From Candidatus Peregrinibacteria bacterium GW2011_GWF2_43_17 (GTDB lineage: Bacteria; Patescibacteriota; Gracilibacteria; UBA1369; UBA12470), in contig LCFW01000004.1 of the NCBI GenBank assembly GCA_000999315.1, forward strand, positions 5,540 through 69,539: 64,000 nucleotides of DNA, written 5' to 3'. The translations under genes and the position numbers were made by a program. The notes beneath the pieces were generated by a model. The model searched no databases, had not been told where the DNA came from, and saw only the letters and a program-made list of their open reading frames with translations. Within the stretch, counting starts at the first letter, position 1. Each line of letters starts with the position of its first letter. Shown one piece after another: positions 61,971 through 64,000 of this stretch.

Positions 61971-63734
61971 TTAGGAAATAAAAGTTGCATACTCTTGAAG
62001 AAGCTTCGCCTCCGTTTCCGAATCACCACTCAACACCGCCTCTCTGATTTTCTTGGCAAAATCTTTTTGTTTGCGTTTTCCCGAATCCGTTTTCACCTTG
62101 ATAAACACTTTTTCAAACTCCTTTTCGACCTCGGCACTTGTCCATTCGGATACTCGATTATCAACATACAAAGCGTAAACTTGTAACTTCTCTTTTTCCT
62201 CTTCCGTAAACTCGGAAAGGACGGAATCGTCCAAACAAGCTTTGGCATTATAATAACTTGCAAGTCTTTTGTAAATATTTTTTAAATTATCTTCAAACAG
62301 GTCTGCGTGCTTATCGTCCAGATACTTGGCAAACCTATCTTTGAAATTCATCATAAATCCGATGAAATACTCCTGTAAAGATATGCTCGTCTTTCTAGGC
62401 TCCTCTTCGATTTTCGACATGCTGGATCGCAAACTGTTTTTTGCCAAAAACTTCATCCTTTCTTCAAGTTGCGCATAAGGTAATGCCAATTTCGACCCAA
62501 GTTTTTTCAAATAAACATCTCTCTCAAGAGGATGAGCAACTCCCTTCAAAATATTCAAATAAAGGTCACAAAACTCTTTGCTCTGATTGAGATCCGCTAA
62601 ATCGTACTTTTTTGAAAAATCATCGAGATAAAAATCCAAATAATATTTTGCATCCAAAACGGCTTTGCGCCAATTTTCAGGGTTGTTTTTGACACACTCG
62701 TCCGGATCTTTAAATCCATCTATGGTTACAACTTTCATATTAAAACCCGAAGGTTGCGCATTCTGAACAGCTCTGAAAAGCGCTTCGCGACCCGCGGAGT
62801 CCATATCAAAAGAAAAAGCCAAATTAGAGGTAAATCTCTTGATAATTTTCAGCTGTTCAACCGTCAAAGCCGTACCTGAAGAAGCCACAACATTTTTCAC
62901 TCCCGCTTGATACGAAGAAATCGCATCCATATACCCTTCAACGACCACGCAAAGATCTTGCTCTTTAATATGACTTTTTGCCAAATTTAACCCGTAAAGA
63001 ACCTTCCCCTTGTGATAAACCGGTGATTCGGGAGAGTTCAAATATTTCGGTTCGTCCTCTTTTTTGAGCGCTCGTCCGCCAAAAGCCACAATTCGCCCAA
63101 CATCGTCGCAAATCGGGAACATGAGTCTAAGTCTGAATCTATCATAAACTTTTTCCCCGGCGGTATCTTTTGAAATCAAAACTCCACACCTCACGGCATC
63201 GCCCTTTTTAAACCCGTTATTTACAAGGTAACTGTAAACCGAATCATAACTGTCCGGCGCAAATCCAAGTTTAAACTCCCTCACGGAATCATCAGTTAGG
63301 CCTCTTTTACGAACATATTCAAGAACCTTCTGCCCAGCCTCGGTTTCAAGCAAATTTCTCGAATAAAAACCTGCCGTCTCCCCTTGAAGCTCAAACAAAA
63401 TATCCTTCTCATCTTTTGTTATTTTCGGACCCGACGTCTTATAAGCCGCCAAATCCACATTCGCTTTATCAGCCAAAATCTCAAGCGCACCTTTAAAATC
63501 CACCCCCTCAACATACTCGATAAATTTAAACATATCACCACCCTTGTGACACCCGAAACAGTAAGCCAACCCCTTCTCCGGACTCACTATGAAACTCGGC
63601 GTTTTCTCCTGATGAAAAGGACAACAAGCCTTGAAATTCCGCCCAATCTTTTTAAGCTGAACATAAGGCGCAACAACATCCTCTATCGAGAGACGAGACT
63701 TGATTTCGGAGATCGGGTCGAGAGGCATGGGCAA
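61971..63734 (-). CDS. dnaG: DNA primase
   Basis: Zinc ribbon CCPFHQEKTPSF.V....YCFGC, RNA polymerase core, and Toprim (VVEGYMD). Confidence 0.93.
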   Translation of the reverse strand: MPMPLDPISEIKSRLSIEDVVAPYVQLKKIGRNFKACCPFHQEKTPSFIVSPEKGLAYCFGCHKGGDMFKFIEYVEGVDFKGALEILADKANVDLAAYKTSGPKITKDEKDILFELQGETAGFYSRNLLETEAGQKVLEYVRKRGLTDDSVREFKLGFAPDSYDSVYSYLVNNGFKKGDAVRCGVLISKDTAGEKVYDRFRLRLMFPICDDVGRIVAFGGRALKKEDEPKYLNSPESPVYHKGKVLYGLNLAKSHIKEQDLCVVVEGYMDAISSYQAGVKNVVASSGTALTVEQLKIIKRFTSNLAFSFDMDSAGREALFRAVQNAQPSGFNMKVVTIDGFKDPDECVKNNPENWRKAVLDAKYYLDFYLDDFSKKYDLADLNQSKEFCDLYLNILKGVAHPLERDVYLKKLGSKLALPYAQLEERMKFLAKNSLRSSMSKIEEEPRKTSISLQEYFIGFMMNFKDRFAKYLDDKHADLFEDNLKNIYKRLASYYNAKACLDDSVLSEFTEEEKEKLQVYALYVDNRVSEWTSAEVEKEFEKVFIKVKTDSGKRKQKDFAKKIREAVLSGDSETEAKLLQEYATFIS

Positions 63735-64000
63735 AAACTTGTGACTTATAGCTCATAACTTATAGCATATAGGAAGGGAAGGAGGCAATCGGCTGCCTCG
63801 CTAAAAGGCACCAGTTTTTCGCACCTCACGACAAACACGACACGCTTCTCGAAAAATCATACATCGCATCACCAGCCCTAGATTTCCAAAACTTACACGC
63901 TAACCTGATAGCACTATATCCAAGAAAAGCCGCTACTTTCGGAACAGCATTTGAAACTCCCCACAGCCTGGGCTCAATTTTATTACCATAATCGCGCAAA

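Noticed and set aside
63826-63999. 57-codon minus-strand frame open to the right window edge (..LRDYGNKIEPRLWGVSNAVPKVAAFLGYSAIRLACKFWKSRAGDAMYDFSRSVSCLS*)
   Set aside because: It may be the 3' end of a gene lying beyond the window. It is too short, has no motif, and cannot be evaluated without the flanking sequence.

Overview
This is a gene-dense 64-kb bacterial chromosome segment with about 60 genes, AT-leaning and readable with the standard genetic code. Many neighbouring genes overlap by ATGA or TAATG. Most of the content is housekeeping. It includes a shikimate operon (aroF-aroB-aroA-MFS-aroK, with aroC elsewhere), prmC-prfA, rpmE, tgt, ruvA, ruvC, pgi, pepP, glmS, pyk, gpmI, pilD, a secDF fusion, priA, trpS, pyrG, lgt, greA and the dnaG-rpoD pair. 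There is also a second sigma-70 factor, one tRNA-Arg(UCG) and one DinJ/YafQ-type toxin-antitoxin pair. gyrB and gyrA are separated by a 9-kb block encoding a cNMP-binding protein, a large acidic membrane protein, an SLH-anchored S41 protease, a SprT-like peptidase, an orphan VirB4-like ATPase and a GGDEF cyclase. The repertoire (SLH-anchored exoproteins, type IV pilus parts, an orphan VirB4, shortened enzymes, Lys-rich or acidic tails) suggests an uncultivated small-genome lineage such as Patescibacteria/CPR, but that is inference only. Five signals stand out beyond ordinary annotation. (1) A 22-codon leader ORF, MQKVSKQLVGQFWAYFYFTLKA, sits in front of the DAHP-synthase operon with mutually exclusive antiterminator and terminator hairpins. 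(2) A roughly 170-nt palindromic intergenic element occurs three times. Two copies have 100%-identical arms but different cores, and one diverged copy has compensatory stem changes. All three sit at the 3' ends of minus-strand genes. (3) A eukaryote-type protein arginine methyltransferase (PRMT) homologue lies in a small operon with an Arg-rich unknown protein and a consensus promoter. (4) The SecDF fusion has a parvulin PPIase domain inserted in its periplasmic head. (5) A toxin-antitoxin cassette is wedged between the two halves of a split manC. No CRISPR array, rRNA gene or transposase gene was seen. All calls were made by eye from the sequence and ORF translations; nothing was searched or folded computationally.
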